Shown: in pieces, positions 19,610 through 30,839 of the stretch | Layout of the letters: every line of letters starts with the position of its first letter | How positions within the stretch are numbered: the first letter of the stretch is position 1 | Assembly: GCA_913047775.1 (NCBI GenBank) | Contig: CAJWUE010000003.1 | Span: forward strand, 1 to 46,470 | Reading direction: 5' to 3' | Source: an uncultured Rhodobiaceae bacterium | GTDB lineage: Bacteria; Pseudomonadota; Alphaproteobacteria; MED-G09 | DNA length: 46,470 nucleotides | Position numbers and translations under genes: made by a program | Notes under the pieces: model-generated | Databases searched by the model: none | Told to the model about the DNA's origin: nothing | The model's input: only the letters and a program-made list of their open reading frames with translations

Positions 19610-22552
19610 ATGCTTAATAAAACTATTTATATAGCTATATCAGCTATAATCATGCCCGTGTTTTTGGTGGGTGTGGCTTTTTCTCAAGCTCTTGAAAGAC
19701 AGGGTATCGAAGAGATCATAGTTACAGCTCAGAAAACCGAGCAGAACATTCAAGATGTTCCGATTGCTGTTACTGCTTTCAATACAGAAAGCCTAGAATT
19801 ACAACAAATCGAAACATTTTCTGATCTTCAATTTAATGCACCAAATATTACCTTTACTAAAGGTAACTTTGCCGGTTCCAACTTTGTTATTCGTGGAGTT
19901 AACTCTTACACCGTAGCCGCTTCAGGTGACGGTGGTGTGGCCTTCCATATCAACGAGGTTCCGGTTGCTACAAGAATATTTGAGACCGAATATTATGATC
20001 TTGAGCGTGTGGAAATTCTAAGGGGTCCGCAAGGAACTCTATATGGTGCTAACTCTGTAGGGGGTACTGTAAATATGATGTTTGCTTCTCCTACCGATGA
20101 AGCAGAAAGCTCTGTTGAAGTAGAAGTTGGCGACTACGGTCATCGAAAGTTTAAAGCAATGGTAAATATGCCACTTGCAGATGGCTTAGCGTTGAGAGTC
20201 GCTGGTCTTTCTCTTCAAAGAGATGGTTTTTCTGATAATCTTTTCCCAGGAAGAGAAACTGATGTAGATGGACGTGACATCACTTCTTGGCGATTTACTC
20301 TTCAAGCTGATTTGAGTGAAAACACAACCGCAAAATTTACCTACTGGAATTTTGAGGAGGATGATAATCGAGCGCGTATTGGAAGACAAATGTGTAAAGC
20401 TACGGAAGTTCCTTCGTTTGGTTGTCACCCCACGGAGATAGCCTATCAAGGACCTGCAGGTAGTTCAACTTTTGGTGGAGATGTAGCGGCCATAGCCGGC
20501 TTAATGACTTGGTCACCTATGGATTATATAGGGCTTAACGCCAATAGAAGTAGCGACCCTCGTGCGACTTATCAAAATATGGATCCTGTCTACAAAGCTT
20601 CTGAAGATGGATATTTGTTGAGCGTTGAAAGTAACGCTTTTGAAAATATTACAATCAAGGCCAATGTTCTCTATCACGAAACTTCCGTTTTCTCACAACA
20701 GGATTACAACAACAATGATGGTTCTGCAAAATTCGCAACATATAATCCAAATAATACGAATCCGCTTGTTGCAGGGGGTAATGCTGCTTTCCCACAAGGC
20801 GTAGTTCCTGTTTCACAATATACTCCTACTGCTTGCGGTGTTTTCTGTGGTGCTATTCAGGGTTATTATGATTACTCATTTGCTTATGACACATCAATGG
20901 GAGGAGCAGAATCAAAATACGCGGAAATCTCTATTCAATCGTCTTTCGACGGACCGATCAACTTTATAGCGGGTTTAAACGTTTCTGAATATGAAAGCGC
21001 TGGTGTTTATGATGTGTATTTTTCTTCAGCCGATGCAGCTGCAATTGCCCCTATTTTAGCGGGATTAAAACTTTATCCTTCACATTATAGGAATGAAACA
21101 AACCCTTATGAATTGGAAAGAAAAGGATTGTTTGCTGAAGTCTATTATCAAGCTACGGATGACCTTAAAATTACCGTTGGTGCACGATGGAACGAATCCG
21201 AGAAGTCAGTAGCTGACAGACAACTTCTTTTTAATTCTGCTATACTTGGCGGCGGTACAGGTCCTGGAGATCCAGTGACCTTAGCTGTACAAACAGGCGA
21301 TCCGAAATTTGTTCCAATCCTAATTGGTCTTGCTGCACCTCCAGGTGCTTTAGAGCCTATTCCGGGATTGGCAGAACAGCGTAGACTTCAAGGTGTTAGT
21401 TCATCGTTTACTGAAGAAGAAGTAACCGGGAAAATTGGCATCGATTGGACGCCTGACTTAGAGGGAACAGATTCAACATTAGTATACTTCACGTATTCAA
21501 GAGGTTATCGTCCTGGTGCATTTAACCCGCCTGTCGACCCTACTTTGTTTGCAGGTGTAGCACAAACTACAGATCCAGAATTTATTGATGCTTTTGAGTT
21601 GGGAATGAAAAATGTTCTTCTTGATAACTCTTTGATAGCGAATCTAACAGCTTTCTATTACGATTATCAGGATCTTCAAGTTTCTAAAATTATCGCACGT
21701 ACTTCTGTGAATGAAAATATTGATGCTGAAATGCAAGGATTAGAAGCAGAATTATTCTGGAGTCCTTCTAGTGTTCCAGGTCTACGTATAGATGCCCAAG
21801 TATCGTTTCTTGAAACCGAAGTTGCCAATAACACCTACTCTCTTAACCCACTTGACAAGATTGGAAGAAATCTTGGAGATACATCCGGATGGTTGGTTAA
21901 AGACTTTGGTAATGGTGCAACATGTGGATTCAAAAAGGCATCAATTCTTGGAGGTATTGCAGGGGGAGTTCTTAATTTAAATCCTGCTGCCGGTGCGTTG
22001 GATATGATAGCGGCGGGGAAGACTTTATCAGTTAATAATATCGACTCAGCTGATCCTTCTGGTACTGTTGGTGCAATTGCTCAAATATTTGGAATGGGAG
22101 CATTACCAACTTTAGGTAACTGTGCAGTTATGAATTCCAAATTAACTGCTGCTGGTCTTGGTGGCTTCTATGAACCTGAGTATGACCTTAGCGGCAACGA
22201 GCTAGTTCAAGCTCCTGCAGTTACTGCTCATCTGGGCATAGAATATACTGCAGACCTTTCACAAGCGGACCTTATGATTACATCGCGTATTGATTATTAC
22301 TGGCAAGACGATTTCTGGACTCGCCTTTACAATGTGCCTAGAGATGTTGTTGACGCCTGGGATGTCATTAATGCTCAAATAATTTTCCAATCAACCTCTG
22401 CACCTTGGTATATAAGAATATGGGGTCAGAATCTTGCAGATGACGATAATATTACAGGTCATTACTTCACTGCTGAAGCCTCTGGTGGTTTTAGAAATGA
22501 CTTCTTGTTAGACCCAAGAATGATTGGTGTAACTTTTGGAGCTAAATTCTAA
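19610..22552 (+). CDS. TonB-dependent outer membrane receptor
   Basis: Signal peptide, TonB box EEIIVTAQK, plug motif ERVEILRGPQGTLYG, GYRPG.FN, C-terminal PR..GVTFGAKF. Confidence 0.96.
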   Translation: MLNKTIYIAISAIIMPVFLVGVAFSQALERQGIEEIIVTAQKTEQNIQDVPIAVTAFNTESLELQQIETFSDLQFNAPNITFTKGNFAGSNFVIRGVNSYTVAASGDGGVAFHINEVPVATRIFETEYYDLERVEILRGPQGTLYGANSVGGTVNMMFASPTDEAESSVEVEVGDYGHRKFKAMVNMPLADGLALRVAGLSLQRDGFSDNLFPGRETDVDGRDITSWRFTLQADLSENTTAKFTYWNFEEDDNRARIGRQMCKATEVPSFGCHPTEIAYQGPAGSSTFGGDVAAIAGLMTWSPMDYIGLNANRSSDPRATYQNMDPVYKASEDGYLLSVESNAFENITIKANVLYHETSVFSQQDYNNNDGSAKFATYNPNNTNPLVAGGNAAFPQGVVPVSQYTPTACGVFCGAIQGYYDYSFAYDTSMGGAESKYAEISIQSSFDGPINFIAGLNVSEYESAGVYDVYFSSADAAAIAPILAGLKLYPSHYRNETNPYELERKGLFAEVYYQATDDLKITVGARWNESEKSVADRQLLFNSAILGGGTGPGDPVTLAVQTGDPKFVPILIGLAAPPGALEPIPGLAEQRRLQGVSSSFTEEEVTGKIGIDWTPDLEGTDSTLVYFTYSRGYRPGAFNPPVDPTLFAGVAQTTDPEFIDAFELGMKNVLLDNSLIANLTAFYYDYQDLQVSKIIARTSVNENIDAEMQGLEAELFWSPSSVPGLRIDAQVSFLETEVANNTYSLNPLDKIGRNLGDTSGWLVKDFGNGATCGFKKASILGGIAGGVLNLNPAAGALDMIAAGKTLSVNNIDSADPSGTVGAIAQIFGMGALPTLGNCAVMNSKLTAAGLGGFYEPEYDLSGNELVQAPAVTAHLGIEYTADLSQADLMITSRIDYYWQDDFWTRLYNVPRDVVDAWDVINAQIIFQSTSAPWYIRIWGQNLADDDNITGHYFTAEASGGFRNDFLLDPRMIGVTFGAKF

Positions 22553-22570
22553 AAAAGTTATATTAAAATT

Positions 22571-22607
22571 AAAAATTAGGCGCGGTATTAGTATCGCGCC
22601 TTTTTTT
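22571..22607. terminator. Intrinsic terminator, probably bidirectional
   Basis: AGGCGCGGTA-TTAG-TATCGCGCCT stem followed by a T run and preceded by an A run, between convergent genes. Confidence 0.9.
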
Positions 22608-23553
22608 ATTTTCGTGAGGTAATCGACAGGAATACTGTTTCCAAAGAGGCGCCAACTACCTCAAAATCAACAACATTTACACCTGAATTCTCAACCATTT
22701 CGAGAATCTTTCTAGAATTATCAATTTTAGGATTATAGTTGATTTTAAGATTGTTATCAGCGTCAATACTTGCACCGAGTTGGGATATTGCAACATTTTT
22801 AGGATCAGTTTTTTCAGAAGTCTTTAGTATTATGGTTTTGGATTCTACATCCTCTAGAAGTTCTTTTGTTGATGCACATCTAACTATTTTTCCTTTATCC
22901 AATATAGCTATCGTCTCACATAATTCTTCTGCCTCTTCTAAATAATGTGTAGTAAGAATTATGGTCGTTCCATGTTCATTTAATTGCCTTACATAGCTCC
23001 ATAATTGCTTGCGTAGCTCTATGTCTACCCCCGCTGTTGGCTCGTCAAGAATAAGTATAGGGGGTCTATGTACCATAGCTTTTGCAATAAGTAGTCTTCT
23101 TCGCATCCCGCCCGATAATTCACGAGCGTAAGCATCAGCTTTATCTTCCAAATCAAGAACCCTAAGAATTTCTTGTGTGATCCTTTCCTTGGGCCAAATC
23201 CCATACATTCCAGCTTGTAGATTGAGAGTTTCTCTCGGTGTAAAGAATGGATCAATATTCAACTCTTGCGGTACTATTCCTAAATAAGATCTTATGGTTC
23301 TCGGATTTTTATCAATATCGTAACCCCAAACCATAGCCTTTCCAGATGTTTTTATAGTGAGACCCGCCAATATATTGATGAAGGTTGATTTACCAGCACC
23401 ATTGGGACCCAACAGACCAAAAATAGATCCTCTTGGAATATTAAGAGACACTGAATCAAGAGCAAAAAAAGAACTTTTGCCATCCGGAGATTTATACTGC
23501 TTACTAAGGTTCTTAATATCTATTGCGTTATCAGGAAGTTTTTTTTCAGTCAT
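22606..23553 (-). CDS. ABC transporter ATP-binding protein (YadG-like)
   Basis: GPNGAGKST, LSGGMRRR, ILDEPTAGVD, TTHYLEEAE. Confidence 0.93.
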   Translation of the reverse strand: MTEKKLPDNAIDIKNLSKQYKSPDGKSSFFALDSVSLNIPRGSIFGLLGPNGAGKSTFINILAGLTIKTSGKAMVWGYDIDKNPRTIRSYLGIVPQELNIDPFFTPRETLNLQAGMYGIWPKERITQEILRVLDLEDKADAYARELSGGMRRRLLIAKAMVHRPPILILDEPTAGVDIELRKQLWSYVRQLNEHGTTIILTTHYLEEAEELCETIAILDKGKIVRCASTKELLEDVESKTIILKTSEKTDPKNVAISQLGASIDADNNLKINYNPKIDNSRKILEMVENSGVNVVDFEVVGASLETVFLSITSRK

Positions 23554-23635
23554 AATTTATATATTTCAAATCAGAATATAATTGTTACTTTTACCACATT
23601 AAACTTAATGTCATAATGGAAAATAAAGAATCACA

Positions 23636-26437
23636 ATGAATGAAAAAAAAGAACATATCTATCTAGTCGACGGTTCAACTTATATTTTTAGAGCTTATCA
23701 TGCACTTCCGCCCTTAACTAGAAAATCAGATGGATTTCCAGTTGGTGCCATTTCTGGTTTCTGCAGCATGTTGGACAAGCTTGTTAAAGAGGAAAGAGAG
23801 CACAATGCATTAACTCACCTTCTTGTCGTTTTTGATGCTTCAGGAAAAACTTTTCGAAATGACATTTATCCTGAATACAAAGCTAATCGTTCAGAACCCC
23901 CTGAAGATCTGATCCCTCAATTTCCAGTAATCAGAAGTGCTACGGATGCATTTAATATCAAATATGTTGAAATGCTAGGATACGAAGCCGATGATCTCAT
24001 AGCTAGCTATGCAAAATCTGCCCATGCTGAAAATATGAAAGTTACTATCGTTTCTTCTGATAAGGACTTAATGCAATTGATTAATGATGACATCTCAATG
24101 CTGGATACTATGAAAAACCGACTTATTAATAAAGAAGAAGTTTACAAAAAATTCGGTGTGTATCCTGAAAAAGTAATCGATGTCCAATCGCTCGCAGGAG
24201 ATTCCGTAGACAATGTTCCTGGTGTTCCTGGTATTGGTGTAAAAACGGCAGCGCTCCTGATAAATGAATATGGCAATCTTGATAACTTGTTTAAAAAAAC
24301 TGATGAAATTACTCAAAAGAAAAGACGCGAAAATCTAGAAGATTTTGCAGATCAAGCCTATTTAAGCAAAAAACTTGTAACCTTGAAAGATGATGTTGAT
24401 CTGCCCATTCCCCTAAAAGATACTAAAATTCAAGAAATCAATCCGGAAAAATTATTAGGATTTTTAAGGGAAATGGAATTTAAAAGATTAACTGAGAAGA
24501 AATCTTCTGAATTAAATGTAGATATAGATTCAATTCTACCCACAAAAACGATCAAATTCTCTACAAATAAAGACGTTACTAAAAAAGACAGGGTCGAAAA
24601 GACAGAAAAGTTAGATTTTAATACTAAAAATTATAAGACAATTCAAAACAAAATAGAGCTCATGGAGTGGTACAAAAAAGCAGAAGAAGTAGGATATATT
24701 GCTTTTGATACTGAAACCGACTCTCTGAACGCAATTGATGCAAACCTAATAGGTTTCTCAATGTGTATTAGTCCTGGTGAGGCATGCTATGTACCTCTTA
24801 AGCATATTGAAACAGATGAAAAACAACTCGATTTTGAAGAGTCTTTAATTTTTCTTAAATTGTTATTAGAGGACGAGGGAATAATAAAGATTCTGCATAA
24901 TATGAAATATGACGGATTGGTTTTATCCAAATATAAAATAGATATCAAAAACTATGATGACACTATGCTGATTTCCTATTCTTTAGGATCTGGTGGCATT
25001 CGCCATAGCTTAGATAATTTAGTCAAGACATACTTTAATCATACGGCCATATCCTATAAAGAAATTGTGGGAACAGGAAAAAAGAAAAAAATATTTTCAG
25101 AAATTTCTATCCCTGATGCCACAGAGTATGCTGCTGAGGATGCAGATATGACTATGAAACTCTGGAAATTTCTGAAACCTAAATTATCTCAAAATAATCT
25201 CATGAAGGTTTATATTAATATTGAAAGACCTTTGGCTAGAACCCTAATTGAAATGGAAAAGGAGGGGGTGGCTATCGACAAAAACAAGTTAAAAAGACTG
25301 TCTAAAAATTTTGAAGAAAAAATAGTTGAAATAGAGAAGGTCTCTCATAAATTAATTGGAGAAGAATTTAACCTTGGATCGCCTAAACAGATAGGTGAAA
25401 TTTTATATGAAAAACTTTCAATACCTGGAGGGAAAAAGACTGCTTCAGGGGCATGGTCAACTGATGCAAATGTACTTGAAACACTGGTTAGCGAGGGTCA
25501 TGAGCTACCAAAACTCTTATTACAATGGCGTGGATTGTCGAAACTAAAAACAACATATACTGATGCTTTGCCTACATTTATTTCTAAATCTACAAACAGA
25601 GTTCATACTTCTTTTTCGATGGCAGCAACTTCGACAGGTAGATTAGCTTCATCGGATCCAAATTTACAGAATATTCCTATTCGCACAGAAGATGGGAGAA
25701 TGATAAGGAAAGCCTTTATTCCTGAAAAGGGTAATTTGTTGATTAGCGCAGATTATAGTCAGATTGAATTAAGGCTTATAGCCCATATTGCACAAGATAA
25801 GAATCTGAAAGAAGCCTTCAAAAACGGCCAGGATATTCATTCGTTAACTGCTTCAGAGGTATTTAATATCCCTATAAACGATGTTGATGAGAATATAAGA
25901 AGAAGTGCTAAAGCAATAAATTTTGGCATTATATATGGAATTTCAGCTTTTGGATTAGCTAAACAATTAAATATCTCTAGAACAGAGGCTTCCGAATATA
26001 TAAAATCCTATTTTGCAAAATTTTCGTCAATAAAAGAATATATGGCGGAAACTAAAGAATTTGCAAAAAAAAATGGTTATGTAAATACAATTTTCGGAAG
26101 AAAATGTATTGTCAGTGATATTGATACTAAAAACCCTGCCAAGAGGTCTTTTATGGAAAGGGCAGCTATAAACGCCCCCATTCAAGGATCAGCTGCGGAT
26201 ATTATAAAAAGAGCAATGATCCGAATGCATGATGAACTAAGAAATTCAGAATTAAAAACCACAATGCTATTACAAGTGCATGACGAGCTAATTTTTGAAT
26301 CTAATAAACTGGAAACCGATGACTCAATAAGAATTATTAAGAAAGTAATGGAAAACGCCCATAAACCATCTCAAGAATTATCAGTTCCTCTTATTGTTGA
26401 ACTTCGGTCAGGTCTCAACTGGAATGAAGCACATTGA
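23636..26437 (+). CDS. polA: DNA polymerase I
   Basis: 5'-3' exonuclease (LVDGS, EADD, GDSVDNVPG), 3'-5' exonuclease (FDTET, HNMKYD, YAAEDAD), polymerase motifs ADYSQIELR, AKAINFG, QVHDEL. Confidence 0.98.
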   Translation: MNEKKEHIYLVDGSTYIFRAYHALPPLTRKSDGFPVGAISGFCSMLDKLVKEEREHNALTHLLVVFDASGKTFRNDIYPEYKANRSEPPEDLIPQFPVIRSATDAFNIKYVEMLGYEADDLIASYAKSAHAENMKVTIVSSDKDLMQLINDDISMLDTMKNRLINKEEVYKKFGVYPEKVIDVQSLAGDSVDNVPGVPGIGVKTAALLINEYGNLDNLFKKTDEITQKKRRENLEDFADQAYLSKKLVTLKDDVDLPIPLKDTKIQEINPEKLLGFLREMEFKRLTEKKSSELNVDIDSILPTKTIKFSTNKDVTKKDRVEKTEKLDFNTKNYKTIQNKIELMEWYKKAEEVGYIAFDTETDSLNAIDANLIGFSMCISPGEACYVPLKHIETDEKQLDFEESLIFLKLLLEDEGIIKILHNMKYDGLVLSKYKIDIKNYDDTMLISYSLGSGGIRHSLDNLVKTYFNHTAISYKEIVGTGKKKKIFSEISIPDATEYAAEDADMTMKLWKFLKPKLSQNNLMKVYINIERPLARTLIEMEKEGVAIDKNKLKRLSKNFEEKIVEIEKVSHKLIGEEFNLGSPKQIGEILYEKLSIPGGKKTASGAWSTDANVLETLVSEGHELPKLLLQWRGLSKLKTTYTDALPTFISKSTNRVHTSFSMAATSTGRLASSDPNLQNIPIRTEDGRMIRKAFIPEKGNLLISADYSQIELRLIAHIAQDKNLKEAFKNGQDIHSLTASEVFNIPINDVDENIRRSAKAINFGIIYGISAFGLAKQLNISRTEASEYIKSYFAKFSSIKEYMAETKEFAKKNGYVNTIFGRKCIVSDIDTKNPAKRSFMERAAINAPIQGSAADIIKRAMIRMHDELRNSELKTTMLLQVHDELIFESNKLETDDSIRIIKKVMENAHKPSQELSVPLIVELRSGLNWNEAH

Positions 26438-26440
26438 AAA

Positions 26441-28051
26441 TTATTCTGCAGCCTGTAAGTCGGGCGCAGCATCTATAATTTCTATATCAACATGCTCTTT
26501 AAATGATTCAAAATTCTCTGAGAACATTTGTACAAGCTTAAATGCCTGCGTATCATAATTTTTTTTATCTTTCCAAGTCTCTCTAGGGTTTAAAATTTTC
26601 TTATCTACCCCTTCTACATTTAGAGGAACTTCAAATCCAAAGAATTTGTCTTTGATCATATCTTCCTTTAGAAGTGTTCCATCTAAGGCAGCAGATAGTA
26701 AATTCCGTGTTGCGCCAATTGGCATTCTTTTGCCTTCGCCATAAGGGCCTCCTGTCCAGCCAGTATTAACTAACCAACAATTAACCTTATACTTAGCTAT
26801 TAGTTTTTTTAATAGTTTTCCATAAACAATAGGATGGAGGGGCATAAATGGAGCCCCATAACAAGAAGAAAAAGTAGCTTCAGGCTCGTCGACACCTTTC
26901 TCTGTACCAGCTACTCTTGCAGTATAACCAGACAAGAAATGATACATTGTCTGTGAGGCTGAAAGTTTTGCAATGGGGGGTAAAATTCCGAAAGAATCAC
27001 ATGTTAACAAAATAATATTGCTAGGAATTTTTGTTATGCCTGTTTTACTCGAATTTGGAATAAAAGTTAAAGGATAGGCGCCACGGGTATTTTCAGTAAG
27101 ACTATCATCATCTAGATCTATTTCTCCAGTTTCCTCATTTAGTACAACATTTTCAAGTATAGTGCCTTCACGTTTTGTGGTCTGATATATCTCAGGTTCA
27201 GCCTCTTTCGAAAGTCTTATCATTTTTGCATAACAACCACCTTCAAAATTAAAAATTCCATCGTCGGACCAACCATGCTCATCATCACCAATAAGAATCC
27301 GATTGGGATCAGCTGATAAGGTTGTTTTTCCTGTACCAGAAAGACCAAAAAATATTGCTGGACCGGAATCAACTCCTACATTCACAGAACAATGCATTGG
27401 CATAACATTTTTTTGCGGTAATAAATAATTCAACATTGTAAAAACAGATTTCTTAATTTCTCCTGCATAAGAAGTGCCAGTAATAATAATCATTTTCTTA
27501 TCAAGATTGACTGCTATTAAGGTTTCAGAGTTACTGCCATGTCTGTCAGGTTTGGCCTTAAAACTCGGTATATCAATAATAACAAACTCAGGTATAAAAT
27601 CTTTTTTTTCTACATCCTCAACTTCAATCAGTAAATTTTGTATAAAAAGAGAATGCCAAGCATATTCTGTATAAATTCTCGTTGATAATCGGTGAGAAGG
27701 GTCTGCTCCTCCAAATAAATCCTGTACAAAAATTTCTTTACCTTCACAATATTCAATAACATCTTCATAAAGAAAATCAAAATTCTCTTCTGTTATTGCT
27801 TTGTTATTATCCCACCAAATAGTTTCTTCATTATTATTAGATTTAACAATATACTTATCATTGGCTGATCTTCCAGTGTGAACTCCTGTTTTAACAACAA
27901 GAACGCCGTCTTTAGATAATTTACCTTCATTCTTATCCAGAGATATTTTATATATATCCCTTTGATTCATATTCCAGTAAAGTTTTCTTATATTTCGAAA
28001 ACCGTGATCACTAGCATTTATAGCTGAGAAATTTTTACCTATTTTGCCCAA
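26441..28051 (-). CDS. pckA: Phosphoenolpyruvate carboxykinase (ATP)
   Basis: [44 protein letters not shown]; TTG start. Confidence 0.97.
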   Translation of the reverse strand: MGKIGKNFSAINASDHGFRNIRKLYWNMNQRDIYKISLDKNEGKLSKDGVLVVKTGVHTGRSANDKYIVKSNNNEETIWWDNNKAITEENFDFLYEDVIEYCEGKEIFVQDLFGGADPSHRLSTRIYTEYAWHSLFIQNLLIEVEDVEKKDFIPEFVIIDIPSFKAKPDRHGSNSETLIAVNLDKKMIIITGTSYAGEIKKSVFTMLNYLLPQKNVMPMHCSVNVGVDSGPAIFFGLSGTGKTTLSADPNRILIGDDEHGWSDDGIFNFEGGCYAKMIRLSKEAEPEIYQTTKREGTILENVVLNEETGEIDLDDDSLTENTRGAYPLTFIPNSSKTGITKIPSNIILLTCDSFGILPPIAKLSASQTMYHFLSGYTARVAGTEKGVDEPEATFSSCYGAPFMPLHPIVYGKLLKKLIAKYKVNCWLVNTGWTGGPYGEGKRMPIGATRNLLSAALDGTLLKEDMIKDKFFGFEVPLNVEGVDKKILNPRETWKDKKNYDTQAFKLVQMFSENFESFKEHVDIEIIDAAPDLQAAE

Positions 28052-28183
28052 TTACTTATCTTCCCAAATAGAATTTAATAAATATTTATAACAGAATATT
28101 ATCAACTTTCAATGAAACCTATTATATACTCTTAGTATAAATTTTATTAAATTAATTAGAGTTTTAAGAAATAGAAAAGATTA

Positions 28184-28876
28184 ATGGTTAAGATTTGTTT
28201 AATCGATGATGATCAAAATATTCTTGCATCTTTGAGCCTCGCTCTGAAGGCCGAAAGATACGAGGTTGTCAACTTTTCGGATGGAAAATCGGGCTTAGAA
28301 TCATTAACTAAGGAGGATTATGATATAGCAATCTTGGATATTAAGATGCCAAGACTTGACGGCTTAGAAGTTCTTCAAAAACTAAGGCTTAGTTCAGATA
28401 TACCAGTAATATTCCTAACTTCTAAGGACGACGAAATTGATCAGTTATTAGGTCTTAAAATGGGTGCAGATGATTATATTACTAAACCCTTCTCACAAAA
28501 ATTATTAATAGAACGAGTTAAAACGATTCTTAAACGTGTTTCAAAAATTTCAGATCCCGATGCACTTAGCGAAGATAATTTTTTAAAAAGAGGAGATCTT
28601 AATCTTAATATAAGTCGACACGAATGCAGTTGGAGGGAAATACAAATTAAACTTACGGTTACTGAATTTCTAATTTTAGAAAACCTAGTTAATAGGCCAG
28701 GCTACGTAAAAAGTAGAGACCAACTGATGTCTGCAGCATACGATGATAATATTTATGTTGATGACAGAACAATCGACAGCCATATAAAAAGAATTAGAAG
28801 GAAATTTAAGTCTAAAGATAAAAATTTTGACTCTATAGAAACATTGTATGGTGTAGGATATCGTTTTAACCAATAA
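28184..28876 (+). CDS. chvI: Response regulator ChvI/BvrR
   Basis: [50 protein letters not shown]; divergent from pckA. Confidence 0.95.
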   Translation: MVKICLIDDDQNILASLSLALKAERYEVVNFSDGKSGLESLTKEDYDIAILDIKMPRLDGLEVLQKLRLSSDIPVIFLTSKDDEIDQLLGLKMGADDYITKPFSQKLLIERVKTILKRVSKISDPDALSEDNFLKRGDLNLNISRHECSWREIQIKLTVTEFLILENLVNRPGYVKSRDQLMSAAYDDNIYVDDRTIDSHIKRIRRKFKSKDKNFDSIETLYGVGYRFNQ

Positions 28877-28882
28877 AAAAAT

Positions 28883-30406
28883 ATGTTTAATTTTTTAAAA
28901 CCCTCTTCTCTTGCTACAAGAATAATAGTTATAAATTCTTTGGGCTTAATACTTCTCGCTTTTGGATTCATATATGTAGATAAATCTGAAGATAATTTGA
29001 TAGAAGCCAGAAAGGAGGCTCTTCTAGTACAAGCAAATCTTTTCGCTTTTTCCTTTTATTTAGATCCTGAAATTTCTATTTCATTTAGAGAAAACATAAA
29101 CAAGTTTGTCCTAAAACGACAAGAAAATGTCATTGTAAAAACCCGTACAAGAATTTTTGACAATCAAAAAGAGAATTACTATGACACACAGGATTTTGAG
29201 GAACCTAATAAATCACTAAATAATAATGAAGAGAACAAAATTTCTCTATTTGATAAAATTTTAGATATTATGGAAAATTATTTTGATAGGAATGCTCCTT
29301 TGCTACCTAAAGAAGGGTATTCATTTGAAGATCTAGAAAAAGCCTTAAGTGGGAAGATCACAGCGAAAGAATATAAACTTGCGAACGGAGGCATAACTGT
29401 TCATGTGACTGTCCCTGTTATAAACAATTCTAAGATAGTAAGTGCACTCTTGTTGACGACCGAAGAAGAAGATATTGGACAAATATTACAGGAGGGTCGA
29501 GAAGGACTTGTTCGAGTCTTCATAATTGCACTATCTGTTAGTTTATTTTTATCGGCTGTTCTCACCAGTAATATAGCAAGGCCATTAAATAGATTATCTA
29601 AAGCCGCCGAAGGCGTTTCTAATGCTGGTGTTGGTGAAACTCCAATTATGGATAGTAGAAGGGATGAGATAGGAGCTTTATCAAGATCCATAAGAAGAAT
29701 GACAAAAGCATTACAGGATAGAGTTAACGCCGTTGAAGCTTTTGCGGCAGATGTTGCACACGAAGTAAAAAATCCTCTAACATCTTTGCGAAGTGCAATT
29801 GAAACCTTAAATATTTCCAGCAATGAAGATGAGAGAAAACAACTCATAAATATAGCTTTTAAGGACCTAAAAAGGTTAGATAGACTAATCTCAGATATTT
29901 CATCCTCTTCTCGATTAGAAATAGAGCTAGCTAAGGGTGAATTTAAAATTATTGATCTAAGAGATATTTTGCATTCTATAATTGAGGTTGCAGAATCAGC
30001 TTTGTCAAAAAAGTTAGGGGTAACTATTAATTATAAAATATCGGAAGACGAAATTAGAATAGAGGGAATACCGGATAGAATTGCCCAAGTTTTTCATAAT
30101 CTTGTTGATAATGCCCTTTCTTTTTCCAATAAAGGATCTCACATTGAAATATCATTGTGGTCGGGAAAAAGAGGTGCAATTATTGAAGTTAAAGATAATG
30201 GACCAGGTATACCAAAAGAGAGCCTTAATAAGGTATTTGAGAGATTCTATACTTACAGACCCCATGATAAAAACTTCGGAAATAATTCAGGTTTGGGCCT
30301 ATCAATATGTAAACAAATAGTAAAAGCCCACGGAGGTTCAATTGTGGCTGCAAATAGGGAAAATGGGGGAGCAATTTTTACTGTTGTTTTTCCCTTAACT
30401 AATTAA
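28883..30406 (+). CDS. chvG: Sensor histidine kinase ChvG/BvrS/ExoS
   Basis: Two TM segments, HAMP (RRDEIGAL), ADVAHEVKNPLTSLRSA, FERFYT.RP...FGNNSGLGL; follows chvI. Confidence 0.93.
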   Translation: MFNFLKPSSLATRIIVINSLGLILLAFGFIYVDKSEDNLIEARKEALLVQANLFAFSFYLDPEISISFRENINKFVLKRQENVIVKTRTRIFDNQKENYYDTQDFEEPNKSLNNNEENKISLFDKILDIMENYFDRNAPLLPKEGYSFEDLEKALSGKITAKEYKLANGGITVHVTVPVINNSKIVSALLLTTEEEDIGQILQEGREGLVRVFIIALSVSLFLSAVLTSNIARPLNRLSKAAEGVSNAGVGETPIMDSRRDEIGALSRSIRRMTKALQDRVNAVEAFAADVAHEVKNPLTSLRSAIETLNISSNEDERKQLINIAFKDLKRLDRLISDISSSSRLEIELAKGEFKIIDLRDILHSIIEVAESALSKKLGVTINYKISEDEIRIEGIPDRIAQVFHNLVDNALSFSNKGSHIEISLWSGKRGAIIEVKDNGPGIPKESLNKVFERFYTYRPHDKNFGNNSGLGLSICKQIVKAHGGSIVAANRENGGAIFTVVFPLTN

Positions 30407-30419
30407 AAAGGAATACTCA

Positions 30420-30839
30420 ATGATAGGAATAATAATTGTTACACATGGAAATCTTGCTTTGGAGCTAAGAAACGCTATGGAACATATTATTGGGCCCCAA
30501 AGAAAGATTGGAATTATTTGTATAGGTCCCGATGACAATATGGATAAGAGAAGAATAGAAATTGAGGAATTGATTTCAATGGTGGATGGTGGGAAGGGTG
30601 TAATAATCTTAACAGATATGTTTGGGGGAACTCCATCTAATCTAGCTATTTCATTTCTAGATCCTAAAAAAATTGAAGTTATGGCCGGAGTTAATTTACC
30701 AATGTTAATTAAGTTGGGATCTTTGAGAGAAAATTCTTCTTTAGAAAAGGCTGTTAAATCCAGTGAAGAAGCAGCACACAAGTATATTTCGATAGCAAGT
30801 GAGATACTCTCAGAAAGAATGCATGAAGATAATGAATGA
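30420..30839 (+). CDS. manX: PTS EIIA(Man)-like stand-alone protein
   Basis: MIGIIIVTHG, LTDMFGGTPSN, GVNLPML. Confidence 0.92.
   Translation: MIGIIIVTHGNLALELRNAMEHIIGPQRKIGIICIGPDDNMDKRRIEIEELISMVDGGKGVIILTDMFGGTPSNLAISFLDPKKIEVMAGVNLPMLIKLGSLRENSSLEKAVKSSEEAAHKYISIASEILSERMHEDNE

Noticed and set aside
9330-22605. Genomic island integrated at tRNA-Ser
   Set aside because: No integrase, no duplicated tRNA 3' end was seen, and core genes (regBA, cysK) lie inside the stretch.
22606-23553. ABC ATPase without an adjacent permease
   Set aside because: YadG-like ATPases are often unlinked from their permease in Alphaproteobacteria, so this is not evidence of novelty.
23596-23611. Palindrome ACATTAA-AC-TTAATGT between the ABC ATPase and polA
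   Set aside because: Almost entirely A/T, so plausible by chance; it does not match the alphaproteobacterial LexA or CtrA consensus.
28147-28167. Possible CtrA site upstream of chvI
   Set aside because: TTAA half-sites are spaced by 8 nt rather than 7, and TTAA is ubiquitous here.
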